A stretch of 64,000 bases of DNA from Takakia lepidozioides (Eukaryota; Plantae; Bryophyta): positions 75,020,001-75,084,000 of the forward strand of contig CM060732.1 of NCBI GenBank assembly GCA_030704615.1, in the 5' to 3' direction. Position 1 is the first letter of the stretch, and each line of letters starts with the position of its first letter. The notes beneath the pieces are model-generated. The model made no database searches and was not told the origin of the DNA. It saw only the letters and a program-made list of their open reading frames with translations. A program made the position numbers and the translations under genes. This document shows, one piece after another, positions 36,301-49,900 of the stretch.

Positions 36301-39186
36301 TCTTAGGATCCTAAGAACCAGGGAAAAACTGCACTGCTATTTTGCTGAAGTGGAAGGTCCCTATTGAAGGTGGTGGATTTGCCAAAAGGCCCCCACGACC
36401 CATGCAAGTTTTTTGATGTCTATTCGGAGGTCCAAATCCTGGAGCGCTTTCTTGGGGAGCCAAGAGTGTGCCAGATTCTGGACTATGGTGTGGAATCTGA
36501 GAGTTTTGTGCTGGTTCTTAAGCACTACAAGTGCAGCTTGCGCACCTGGCGTCAGCGGCACACTAGCCGATTTTTTGACCAAGACAGGGACAGTGCCTCG
36601 GAGAGCACGAGGATGGGTATGGTCAGCCGATCATTCCGTGATAGGCTTCCACTCTATCTGGAGGTGTATGCTGCCGTACTTCAAGCGGTAATCATTCTAT
36701 GTACCCAGTTTCTGTACACCACTAGATCTGGAACCAGGATAGTTTGTTACTAAAAGTAACGAAAAGGTATCTTACACTTAAGGGGATCATATGGCAAATA
36801 GTTCCCGAGGAAAACTGTGAAGGGCAGCGACCATTGATCGCAAACTTGATCCTCTGTGTTAAACCAATGCTTGCTGTGGTTTTTGCACAGTTGTATTTTG
36901 CAGCACAGAAGTTACAGGGTGCTTGCAGGTAGGCCATTCTTCCTGCTCTTATTCTGTTTAGGAGCCTCCCTTGCCCCAGTCACATCTGGACTTGATCTAT
37001 CTGTCATCTTCTTGCACCTAATATCCATAATATTTTGGTCTCCCATGCAACGAAGACTCTGTTTGCTCTTTCAGTACAACCACCAAGGCAACATTGCTCA
37101 AACACCTTGCTAAACGGTCTCTGAACGACAAAGACATTATGGTGAGTTGGATGTTCAAGTCACTACGTTGCCCCAAAATATATTCGCTGGTGGACCATCC
37201 AAAGATGTGGAACCAACAATAAAAAGTGGAGCATATTGTCGTTTTAAATTTGACCGGAAACAGACTTGTAATGGTCACATTGGCGTTGAGCAAAAGCTAT
37301 GGGCTGACTTCTTTTTTACGTCAGGTGAAGGCTCTCGAAATACAGAATGTGGTGCACTATGATCTGAAGTGTGACAACATCCTGCTGGACCCTCTATCTG
37401 ACATGGTATCTGAAGAAGAGTTTTGGGATCCACAGTGGCCCCCATTAGACAGTACACGTGCAATTCCATTTCGCGTTTGCATTGCTGACTTTGGTCAAAG
37501 CAAGGTCAGTTGTGCTTCGGTTCTAAATATGTTTCTTGACAAAGAACTAGGTACATTGCCGTCTTTATGAGGGAGAAAGATTTTCTGTCTGGGTTTGAGT
37601 CAAGGGAAGAAGAAAACTGTTAGATACTCACAGAGCGTGCTCTTCTTGTAATCTCCTATGAAGACTGCTATTTCTATGTGGGTCCTCGCCTGTAGGGGTT
37701 TCTCTTTGTGTGCAAAACACGAAGAAATTGAGGTCAGTTCTTTTGTTCATACTTTTCTGATGGGGTCCATTGCCTTTTCCTCACAACAATGTAAGACATT
37801 TACTACGCCCACTAGAATCTGCTGATGGACCTAATGCGGTTTCACTAGAAGGGTGGGACACTGCACAGGAGGGCTTGAATACATGAGGCTCTTGATGCCT
37901 GAAAGATGGTATGAATTGTTTTCGAGGGAGTGCTTTGGTATGGAGGGTTTCTCATCACTTTCGTTGGGGTCTTGTCCCTTTTCTCTTAAGAAAAGAAGGA
38001 ATCAAGTATGTTACGTTTGATCTGAAGCCCCTTCTGCTTGAAAAGAGAGAGGGAATGGAGGGTGGGGAAGGAGGGCATGCAAATGACAGACCTGCAGAAA
38101 CATCGAGAGTAACAGGGGGGCTGCAAGAATGTTCAGATCGTGCTGGTCCTTGGCAGTCTGAAATGGTCCAGCTGGAAGGCTAAGCATGTGGGTCAGACAC
38201 TTGAAGTTTCAGAAGGACCCCACAGTTTTGGGTTCTTTAGTGCAGGATGGATCATCTGCACATCTCATATCAGGTACTTTAGATTAATGAATATGAAGTT
38301 GCTGCTCGATTGTGTGCTTCCAGACCTCTATGTGTGAGGGTGGGGAATGCACTGTACGCAACCGAGGGACTGAGTGTGTGAAAAGTCCGGAGATGTTGAA
38401 GCTGCTAAGCAGCAGCACCAAGTGTAAGGCAGTGCCAAGCAACAGTTTAATTGTGGATGAAAAGGTGTGTGTGGGCAAGGCTGGGGACGTGTGGGGCCTC
38501 GGCTGCCTGTTGTATGAGCTTCTGACAGGCGAGTATCTCTTGTATGACGAGGACTGGCTTCGCTTCTTTGTCCGTGTCACGCTGCCTTCAGAGGTACATT
38601 GGTTGCTTTCACCATCTGTAATTTTGTGTCTATTTCCTTAAAGGATCAAAGAAAGAAAGATTACAGGTTATCATATACTATCCTTCAATTTAATTTATTT
38701 GCAGATTAGGCCCTGCAGTTTATCCTCAAATCTTTGATGGGTCAAGAAGTGGTCATCAAGTGAATTGTTGTGGATTACAAGAAGACATTGTTTAATCTGG
38801 GTTCTGATGCACAGGAGCTCATTCCCAGTGAGAAAGCAGCTAAAGTTGACCATTTTGGTCCTATTATGGACTTATTGCGATTTGTGCTTGTCCGTGACCC
38901 TCTCCAACGCCCCACTTTGGATGATCTAGTGGAGCGTCTGGACCAGCTTCAGGCCAAGCTGAAAGGGGGAGCCTATATGGCAGAGGCCTGCCATAGGGAA
39001 ACCACAGGCAATGTCTTTGATGAAGTCATGGAGATCCAAGGAGTGTCTGCTGGACGAAATGAGAATTCTGAGCAAGTTTTCTTGACCGAGAAGTCCCAGG
39101 GAGCAAAGAGCCCACAAGTTTTGGGCCTATGGTGGCTGTGGGCCACATATTGCCTCTGCTGTAAAGGCAGTTGCCAAAAAGAGTGA
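27322..39186 (+). CDS. Very large multi-exon protein with a C-terminal Ser/Thr protein kinase domain
   Basis: Phase-consistent exons ~27322-28113, 28515-34630, 35379-35458, 35662-35825, 36082-36147, 36370-36687, 37325-37504, 38324-38593, 38815-~39186. Motifs IAQGAFAQV, VVLK, HYDLKCDNILL, IADFG, GT..SPE, DVWGLG, RPT. Start and end uncertain. Confidence 0.85.
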
Positions 39187-40946
39187 GGTCATTCCATGTG
39201 AAACAAATCCCAGCCAACATGAATTCTCACCTACAGCTAGTGCTCGAATGCACATTGACACAGTGCAACATTGCATTGGGTCACTCATTCAAACTCAATT
39301 GCCAAGGAGCCAGAGTTCTTTTTTCTCTCCTGTTCCTCAAGAACGTCCTGCTGCAAGATGAGTTCTTGATCAAACTGACGCCCCTATTGTAAGCACCTAC
39401 AAAATTCCTTTTCTTCAAATCAGTGTTTTATTTGCCAATACTACACAATTCAACCTGGATAAAATGTTAGTGCAAGAGAGAAAACAGGTACAAATATACC
39501 ACTACAGAGGTTTAAAATTTGTAGGTTGTGAATCTGAGGGTTTAGAAATCAGCATTTGTGCACACTGAACTAAACTCCGATCACACAGCAAAACTACCAA
39601 AATCTAATAAGTTTTCCCTTCCCAAAAACAAAAACAAAAAGCCTGCCATGTTGGTAAAATAAGACCAAGTCCAAGAAGAAATATCAGTTGATGTACAAAT
39701 CACATGGACCTATTTGGATGCAGTTGATAACAGTAACATTTAGGAAGGGCCATCTAGCGAAGGAGGGAGTAGACATCATACAGACAACATATAATGGACA
39801 GACAACAGACAACATGTAACATGTTTCCAGACCTGTTTCCAGACCAGGTCGTGTTACAGACCCATCTTTCACACAACAAGACATACACAAGAAGTATTTC
39901 AGTATTCCAAACCTCACAGCTCCTTCAAAAGAGTCAAACATAGCTGGAGGGAAGTATGGGAGCATTACGGATTACAATATGTTAGAAGGCTGTATAGAGT
40001 CCCAACAGAAGCAATGTTCACCCTCTTTGTGTTTGTTAAGTAGCACAGGTTTTAGTTATCAGCCATCTGAGTTAGGCCTTCATGCACTGTTTGTGTATTT
40101 GTCCTAACATGATAGAACATGAAATGTAGCCATGTGCCGGAGGCTGCCGTTGCATACACTCCACCATAACAGCATCAAATGAGATTACACACTGGCTTAC
40201 CACTTTGCATGAGGCCCCATAATGAACATTGGATATATATTTTTCACAGGGAATTAGAAGCGACAGCCTGGCGGGGAGAGACTGGAGTTTGCACACTTCC
40301 AAAGGATGCCATGGCACACATGCCAGTTATATAGTGACCCAGGCCGGAGACCTACTACATACATACTCACAATCCACACATATCCATAAACTCCACTGCC
40401 TTTCCAGAAACACGACAGGGATGCTAGTAGGGTTGTCACAGTCCTTTCAAAGCTTCCTTAGCCGTGAAATGTCCTTTGTTAGCTGTCCTTTGTTAGCCTG
40501 CACAGTAGTGAGATATCTACGCAGACCTTATTAAACTTTCCACTTTCTTAAATCTGTTATGTGACAATGTATCAATCCACATATCGATGATCCTTCTCCA
40601 TGCCTAGTTTCATCTGTACACTTCCCCATAAAACTCACAATGACAAATTAGCTCAGGTCAAGACCTAGTAAAATGAGGCCCTAATGATGATGAAAGATTG
40701 ACTGTGAACCCTCACAGAGTAAACTCATGCAATAAACTAATGTACAGTTCTCCAGGCGGTCAAAAATTCTAACATCATCTAGTAATATCCTTGTTTACAA
40801 AGGGAGCCAATCTGCCCATAAGAACCATCACCAGTAAGGTAAAGTGGTGCAACCAATTACATTTAGCCTTCGCACTCGTTATTTGGGAAATACCAAAGAA
40901 TGAATTCTGTGATGAATTTTTACTAGAAAACCTCAACGAGGCAAAC

Positions 40947-43900
40947 TTAAAGTCGACCTCCCCTCCTGCCTGTGGCCACATTCTCCTTTGGCTCACCATT
41001 AGTGATTGCAACAACTGTTCCATTCAGTCTGTTGTCAGCTTCAACTTTCCCTCTCACATTCCTAGTTGACGGCTCTTCTGTCTCCTTCGTTGGTCCATTG
41101 GCTTCTGGGGGCTTGGCGATCACTGGTTGAAACTGTTGCAGAGAAGTCCACAAACATTTTCATTAAGTTCTATCCAGGGGTTGTAGGTGATAGACTTTTG
41201 GTGTAAAGTGAAACATTCTATATGTACCGGGAAGCACAGTCAGACCTGACTATGGGCTGCAACACCTTGAAACTTCGTTCCTTCTAGAAAGTTTTCAAAA
41301 TAGAGGTCAGCGAGCTCAAGATATCCAGTTACAGAATGTGACAAAAGGATATGATGGAGTTGCCTATTTTGATCAGAGGGGAATGAGATCTGGAAGACAG
41401 CATAACCTCACCTTAGTTATTTCTGCAATGGGAGTAGTCCCCGTTAGATATCAGACACAAAAAGAGAGGAAGTGAGGTAGGGACCTGGTAGACAGAGTAG
41501 ATGACATTGCGGCGGATTTGTGCCATCATGTCCAGAAAAAGGTTGTAGCCCTCAAGCTTGTACTCAATCAAGGGGTCGCGCTGTGCATAGCCCCGCAGTC
41601 CAACTGCTTGTTGCACAAATTTCAGGGCTTGCAAATGCTCCTTCCAAAGGTTGTCTGTTTGGGTCAGCACAAAGTAGCGCTCTGCCTCTTGCATCAACCC
41701 TGGCGCCTTCTTCTCGACCTCCGCCTGGACAACATCCCACCACCCACATCCAGGACTTATCAGTTCAGAAATTCTTGATTGTGTGTCAACAAGCCAGTGC
41801 CAAGAATGGAACTCTAAAAATTCCAATGGAGAGTTAGAGCTTTGGAAACACCGAGTTAATGGTAGAAGCTGAAGTGAACATAAAGTTTTCAGACGGAATT
41901 GGAGTTGGTCTAATACAACCTGAAACAAGAAGAGCTTAGCTGCAGCCCTACATACCTCGACAATGCATTCTTTGATGAGGGGATCCTGTCCCACAATTCA
42001 TTTGAAATTCTAAAAGGCACATGAGCTTAATAAAAGTCCCATATAAATGGTGCACAAGTGGGCGGAGTACCTTTTTCTGCAAATAAGCTTCTCGACCTCG
42101 GAACCGAAGATACTCACGCAGGCTTTCGATGGTAGGACACTTTTCGGCGAGTAACTCTGGTGTCAAGTCTTCCAACAAATAACAGTACCTGCAGCACAGA
42201 TTTGTAAATACAAAATACCTCCCCAGTTTTATGAATTCAAGGTCCACAAACATGCCCCCACAATGCCTGGAGCGGGTAATGATTTGCCTTTGTAAACATA
42301 GTCTGGGAACTCTATATGCTTTCTTAACTTCAGGTCATCAAGCATCCAACACAAGAGAGACAGAAGACAGACTCAGTAGACCTCTTTGTACCAGAAAGAG
42401 ATGGTGTCATGCAATTGCAAGAGTAGGAGACTTACTGCTTTAACTTCGCACACAGAGCTTCAAAGCTCCATTCCTCCTTTGGAAGAGTGGGATCGATGTT
42501 TGCCTGCATCAGTCCCCAATAAGAGTAACTCACAGGAAGTCTTATGTCTCAATAACTGGAGTTAGCGAATACACCATAGAAGCCATTTACTCAGGGAGTA
42601 CAGGAAGGAGAGCAATATAAGCATCGAGATCGTACTTCACCAACCCCTTAAGTGTAAAGCAGACTCACATCAAGAATGTCATTCATCGTCAACTCAGCAT
42701 ATTCCAGCATAAGTGGCTGTAAAGTCTTGGCCTCAAGTGCTCGTCGACGCTCAGTGTAAACACGGTCACGTTGGCTATTTAGCACTTCATCATACTCAAA
42801 GAGCTGTTTCCTTATGTCAAAAAAGTAACTTTCCACCTTCTTCTGGGCCTCATCTAAAGACCGCGTCAGCATCTTGGACTCGATGGGTAGGTCCTCTATT
42901 CTGAAAGCCTTCATCAACGCCTACAGCAATTCCAACTCAAGTTGTCAGTAAAACTAAAAAAACTCCAGAATACTTCTACATAAGGAAACATTCGCTTCCT
43001 ATCTCTGGGTCATATTAAATAACTCAATGGATGTGATCTGAAACATTTCACAGAAAGTAAAAAACCTGTATGCGATCGCCCCCAAATATTCTGAAGATGT
43101 TATCTTCGAGACTTAGAAAAAATCTGGAGCTTCCAGCATCACCTTGACGCCCACTTCTGCCACGAAGCTGAGACAGACAACCAAAGTACACCCAACATGA
43201 TTCACTCACTTCATCTAGTTCAAACATCTGTAAACAACACAAGATGCTGGACTTCCCTCTGACAACTACAAATGTGAAGAAGATGTGGACGCATGCCTGA
43301 TTATCAATACGTCGTGATTCATGCCGCTCTGTACCCACAACATGCAGTCCTCCGGTTGCAACCACCTGGTCATACAACAAGGCTGCTAAATCAATTTCTG
43401 GATATTGGACCACTGCCCTGCACAAACGCATACTAATCGGTCTAAATATAGGGCCTCTGGCCTTATAAGGTGGCCAGGTAGCTTTAGTGTTGGTTGGTGA
43501 GTATAATCTGCAAAGTCCAAAAGACCCAGGGTTAACAACCAAGTAGCCTTCCTGCAATTCTGCTGGATACACAATCATATATAGGTGAGAAGTTGATAGA
43601 CTAATAGTACTCAATTGGTTTGGTCACTCACTTTTTTCTTCTCTTCGTCAGTGAATGACTTGAATTCCGAGATGATAGACTGCAGTGCCTTGCGTAAGTG
43701 AATGATCACTTCATCCTCTGTTGGACCCTGAAGCCACCATACCACATTTAGGATCTTTAAGGCCAGCACACATATGCATAGGAAAAATTCCAAGACACGC
43801 TCCCTCAATCTCCCTCCTCCCCTTTCCTTTCTTCCTCTCTCTTAATCCGTGTCACTTAAGCCCTTAGGGTCACTTGCCAACGTAATAAGTTTCTTTTTTC

Positions 43901-46900
43901 TCTCAAATTTTGCTCCAAACTTGGATGGGAAGGCAGGGGGGGCAGCAAGCTCAACTGCAATATGGTTGGACTCAGACAACCCAACTTCAGAATAAAGACC
44001 AAGACCAAGAAAATGGCACATGGAGATGTACTTATTATAGGTTTCCGTAGCCTTGTGGCCATAGACCCCGCGTCCAATTTGGACGGAACAAGAGCGAAAG
44101 GACACTACCTTCGTGAGGGCCTCACTCCAGTAGTAGGGCTTACCTCAATATAAACAATTAGGTCGGGCTTTCCAGATTTCCTCTACAAAGCCCTTCACAC
44201 AAGCATCAAGCTGCTGTATGTGAACTGCCCAGCAATTAGGCCCCCACCTGGCAAGGGGGCTTTAGGCTCAGCCTTGAGATTTTGAAAGTTGGTGAACAGA
44301 GGTGCATGTTATTGATGGTCCTGAAGAGGGTCGCTCTCTGATGAGAATACCCCGGACACTGGTGCATGGAGACTAGAACAGTAGAGGAGAGCAAACTGAA
44401 TTGTCTCTAATAAAGATCGTCTGATCAGACAAAAGGAAAAACAATCATGTGTCAATGTACTCTCACAACCTGGCAAGCCCAGAAAAGCATTGAGGGCACC
44501 AAACATGGCCTGCAAAATATACCCCTATAGGATAGGGTGGCCACCATTTCACTCACTCTTCCACCAAAACAGGTAAAACACAAATGCCACTTCGGTACGT
44601 ACTCTCTCACAAGCATATGACAGCTTGTCTTCTGCCTCAAGCTCTGCAAGGGACTTCTCACCCCAGACTTTTACAGCAGCTTCCACAGCATCCTCAGCCA
44701 GGCTGGTGGTGCTCTTTGAGAGCTCACATGGAAACAAACTTTCGTTCACCTGCAGCCCATATACACAAGAACCCATCAAGATCTCCGATCAATGGGACTC
44801 ACACCATTGCAAATCCCATCACAGCACAGAGAACCTGGATAAAGCACAGACGATTTGTACCTTCCAACTCTTTTTAGGGGGAAGTTTTTGGTTCTTCTGA
44901 AATGGAATCTCAGAATCGCTCAATTTCACCACCCTGCAGTCAAAACCACTGATTTGCTCACATACATGGCCGAAAAAACACTTCCCATGTGTTAGAGAAG
45001 GAGGGGAACAGGGAGGGGAGAGGGTTTCCACCACTCCTAAAGAAATAGGATCAAAAGACGGGGATAAAAAAGAGAACCCCATTCACCGGATGCCTGAAGG
45101 GCCAATGGCTGGTTAGAAGGGATGCTAAGAGCCTTCCATGGAACAGGAACATGATTGTACTTCATGCTTCCAACCAAAGCCATCAGAACAAACATAGTCA
45201 AGTGAAAGGTACTCACCGAGGCATCAGCATTTCCCGCAGCTTGAGCCTCGCCATAAACTCTGCATTCCCTCCTAAAATGATATCTGTCCCACGTCCAGCC
45301 ATGTTTGTAGCAATAGTCACTGCTCCCAGGCGGCCACTTTGGGCCACGATTTCTGCTTCTCTCTCTACATTCTCAGGCTTTGCATTCAGAACCTGAGATC
45401 CCCACCACCACAATGTTAGCAGCCTTGGGCATGAACTTTATTTAGACTATGCAGCATACCAGATACATGCAACTCTAAGGAAAATAGGCAACTACCACAT
45501 GCTCAGCACAGATACCAGGAAACTTTGCAAACGGAAGGTAGGAAGGAGGTTCTAGGAGCTTCAGTAATATATGCCAGAGCCAAACACTTCTCAGAGACGA
45601 AAGAATTCTCAAGGGTCATTCTGACAATTCAATGTGGATATATTTCTTTCTGTAACCATTGCCAAAAAGAACAGAAAAATTGTTCCAAAAGAGATGTATG
45701 GGTAAAGGGAAAACAAAAGCCCTTCTCACCTGATGTGGAATAGAAGCATCAGTCAGTTGCTTGGAGAGAGATTCACTCTGCTCCACACTGGTTGTGCCTA
45801 CTAGCACAGGACGCCCTGTCTTGTGCATGCGAGCTATTTCTACAACTGCAGCACGCCACTTCCCGATTGCACTCCTAAAAACCACATCTGATTCATCCTG
45901 TCCAACCAACAATCCTTGTCAGACAACAGCAGCATTACAGACTCTCCTTCAAGAAAAGCTACTGTATGAGCTAACAAAACTTCCAGCAATTTCCAGCTGC
46001 AGAGGCAGTCATGACCAGAGTGGGTTAACATTCCAATCACATTTCACATAAATTGTTCTACCAGCGGTTCTGGCGGATCAGTATAATCTTTGACTGCACA
46101 TCACGCAATTGCAGCACATAATACTTCCAACAGCTCTAGAAAGCTAAAACATGGCAGGAAAAGGCGTGAAAAATATGGTTAGGGGAGTTCAATTTCTTGT
46201 GTCCTATGCCAATGCCAAGTTCAGACACATCAGTCACTCCAGCAATAGAGTTCTGAATCCAGAGATGGGCTTGGCCTCCAGGCACCATGGTTTCATTGAT
46301 GTTCAGGAATCACTTTTACAGCTTCATGAGAGGGTGACAGACCAAAGAAGCTCAGCAATCCCACCTTTCGCACCATCAGTTTGTTGGTTGGAACCACAGT
46401 CACATTTAACTTGTAAATACTCTCAAACTCTGTGCTTTCTGTTGCTGCGGTCCCAGTCATGCCACAGAGCTTCGGATACTGCAAAGAAAAGCTTGATTCC
46501 AACAAATCAATACTATTTCTGTGTCCAAAAAAAATCCGGAATCCATGTAAGATAAAAGATGAATGTCAAGCTGAACCAAGGAAATGCACCAGTATGCAAA
46601 AAGTGTTGCAGACGGAAAACCGATATCAGCCATGTCCGCTGGCATAACCAAACAGCCTTCAGCAATCACTAGACATGGGACAGAGATCCATGAGAATCTT
46701 AGAATATACTCAAACTCCTTTGGTCCACCTACCCAAAACTGCAGAAATCGGACCCTCACCTACCCACCATGATACTACTTGCTCTCTCAAACCCCGTGCC
46801 TCAAGCGAATAAGCACCTGAAGGAAAAAGTTTTGATAGCTGATAGAGGCAAGCGTTACTGTTTCATTCTGAATTTTTACACATTCCTTTGCTTCGACAGC

Positions 46901-49900
46901 CTGGTGCAACCCATCACTCCAACGCCTTCCCTGCCCAAACAGCCCCCTCTGGTATCAGCATTGCAACAATCATGGGTCCACAAGTTGGATGTCTACTGCA
47001 GCCAAGTAACTTAGGTTGAGGCTCGACCTTGGGTCCTTGAAACCTTTAATGAGCAGAAGGGTGAAGACAGGAAGTTCGTAGGGATAGAGAGAGAAAATAC
47101 TCATCGACTGTGAATGGGGCTCACAGGATAATAACCCTCCTGGTTTGGGTTTCAGTCGACCCTCGGTGGTGAGCTTGGATTCTCAATGAAGGTGGCATAC
47201 AGCCGACTACTTGAAGTTGCCGAAGAATGTGGGTTAATCGATGGGCTCACAATGTTATCATGTTCAAAAGCATTAGATTGATTCCAGCATACTCCCTCAC
47301 CCTCTACTTTGCAATAGATGTGACACGTGTGCCTGTGAGGAAAAGGGCAGAAACAGAGGAAGAAACTGTCCACAATGACCCTGACATTCATGTATCCATG
47401 AGAGTTAAGTATAACTCTCCTGGAAATGGTTGTAATTTTCTACCACCAGGGTCAGAAAACTCGGGCAGAATTGCCGTAGGGCTCAAGCAGAGCCAACGGC
47501 AATCTGGTTAGACGGAATCAGGAGTCTGATATATGGACATGATGTGGGGCAACAAAGCTGATTTTAGCCCTGTGGTCCGTCTTCCTATTTGGCCACAAAT
47601 ATGAACACTCCCAGTCATACCTTGGTTAGAAAAGGGCAGAGAGGGAAACGTACTTATCGCCTGCTCCCTGGCTATGTGATAAACCAAATATCCTTATATC
47701 TCCATACTAACAATTAAAGGTAGCCAGAAAAGAAGTCCTGAAAAGATCTGATCTACAGAATTTCAGAAGAGAACAAGAAACAGAACAAGGAAACAGAACA
47801 AGGAAAAGAAAACAGAGACAAGAAAAAAGTAAAGGAGAGCAAAGGACAAAATAGACACTGATACAAACACAACGAACACGGATTCAGCTTGAACCCGTAA
47901 ACTGAGATTATCGTATAGACTTGGTGACTGTCTCTCACCAATCCAAGTAGAACAACATGACTGTCTCTCACCAAGTAGAACAACAACATGTATGGTAGTG
48001 ACAAGCCACCATCACTTCCCACCAACTTCGTATAGACATGGTGACTGTCTCTCACCAATCCAAGTAGGACGACATGACTGTCTCTCACCAAGTAGAACAA
48101 CAACATGTATGGTAGTGATGAGCCACGATCACTTCCCACTGACTTCGTCAGCTCCCGACAGTGGACAATAGGTTTATGTACACAGCGCAGCCAATGTACC
48201 GAGTTTGAGTCACATTCCAGAAGTAACCGGAAAACTCAGTCATGTTGTTGGCTATCACTTAAACAAAGTGAGAAGAAATAAGCCCCCAAAGAAGACCAAA
48301 AAAGTAAACACATGAGGGGATAAGAGCGAAGAAGAAAAAGAAGAGAAAAGAAAACAGAGAAGAGAAGGAGGAAGAGATCAAGGGTAAGTGAACTCCCTAT
48401 GGTAAGGGGGGTGAAGGGGTGCAATAACCTTTAGGGTACAATCGCAACAGGATACATCCTGCTCACCAGTGTACATTAGACACCTTCAGAAAGCATACAG
48501 CTCCAGGCCAATAAATGTAGCAGCCACTATTGGCCACAGACATGACACAGTCATTCACTCAGTGTGAGAGGGAGGTGGAGGAGAAGAAGACCAGGAGAAG
48601 GTGAAAAGACAAGTAAGAAAAGATCTGAAGAGAGGGAGGGGACACAGTTTCTGCACTATAAATTACGATCACAACCCCAATTAGACCACATAATGAGCCA
48701 CACAAATAGGGCACACATGTGACACTGCAAGAAAACAAGAATGAGAGCAAGGAAGAGGAGGCAAAGCAGGAAAGGGATAGTACTTGAAAGACGTTGTTCG
48801 CCGTAAGCTTGTGGCCATCGACCCCAAGCCCAGTTTGAGCGGAAGTGAGAAAAATGAAAAGAAGATCAACAGGAGGCCCAAGGGAGGGAGTGGGCACTGT
48901 GACAAACAGAAGGAATAAAAGCTGCAAATGTATGTGATTGCAAACAGAAAGGACAGAAAGAGCCACTGGAAGCAGCATAAACAATCATGGACACAAAAAG
49001 GGGGTAGGGTGAGTAGAGACACCAGAGAGTGACTAATGCAAGCAAAGCATCACCTGCATGACCCTCCCTGTAAACTCGTCCACAATGAGAACCTCCTGGC
49101 CACGTACAATGTAATTGACATTCTTCAAGAAAAGTTCCTTGGCCTTGATGGCATTTATAAGATATGAGGCCCATTGCTCGCGAGGGTCATAGAGGTCTGT
49201 AACATTCAAGATCTCTTCAGCAGCCTCATACCCTGCCTCACTCAGCAGAACCGATTTTTGCTTCTCATCAACCTGTCATAACAGACCTCTTCTCCATTCA
49301 GAAGGTTAACAGATGACACACAATTGAATGAGAAGGGGTCCAACTGGCACTTCACTGCTAACATTACAGAGGCACCCATTCGGTCAAAGATACTCTGACC
49401 GACCACCCCAGTTCTAAACAACCCTTTCTGATCTAAACATCCTTTCTAGATCCAAACATTGTTTGGCTAGAAAGATTAGCATTACAGTCTCTACAGGGTA
49501 GGATGCATAATTGGCAAAAGGAAGTCTTAGGCCTTAGAATAGCAGGAGTACAAGCTACTGAGCACTGTTCTCTCTGCACGCCGTTGATATTTTCAGACAG
49601 AGGAAGGTTAGCATCACACACCGGTGGAAACCCTCTTTTCAAGGACTGCATGGATCAGCGTCAGCCCCAAGGACTGTACATGAACTCCAAGCACATACCA
49701 AAAAAAAGGAGAGCAGTGCCTTCACGTTGCACTCAACACTGAGCCAGAAAAATTTCCATAACATTGAGATAGCAGAAGGGCGTAGGTTAATTACTGTGTA
49801 ATGGATGTCACGCTCAAAAACGCCTGCAATTTTTGCTGCTTTAAGATAGCGTTCGCTTGGCTTCTCAGCAGACCCAGATATGATGAGTGGTGTTCGAGCC

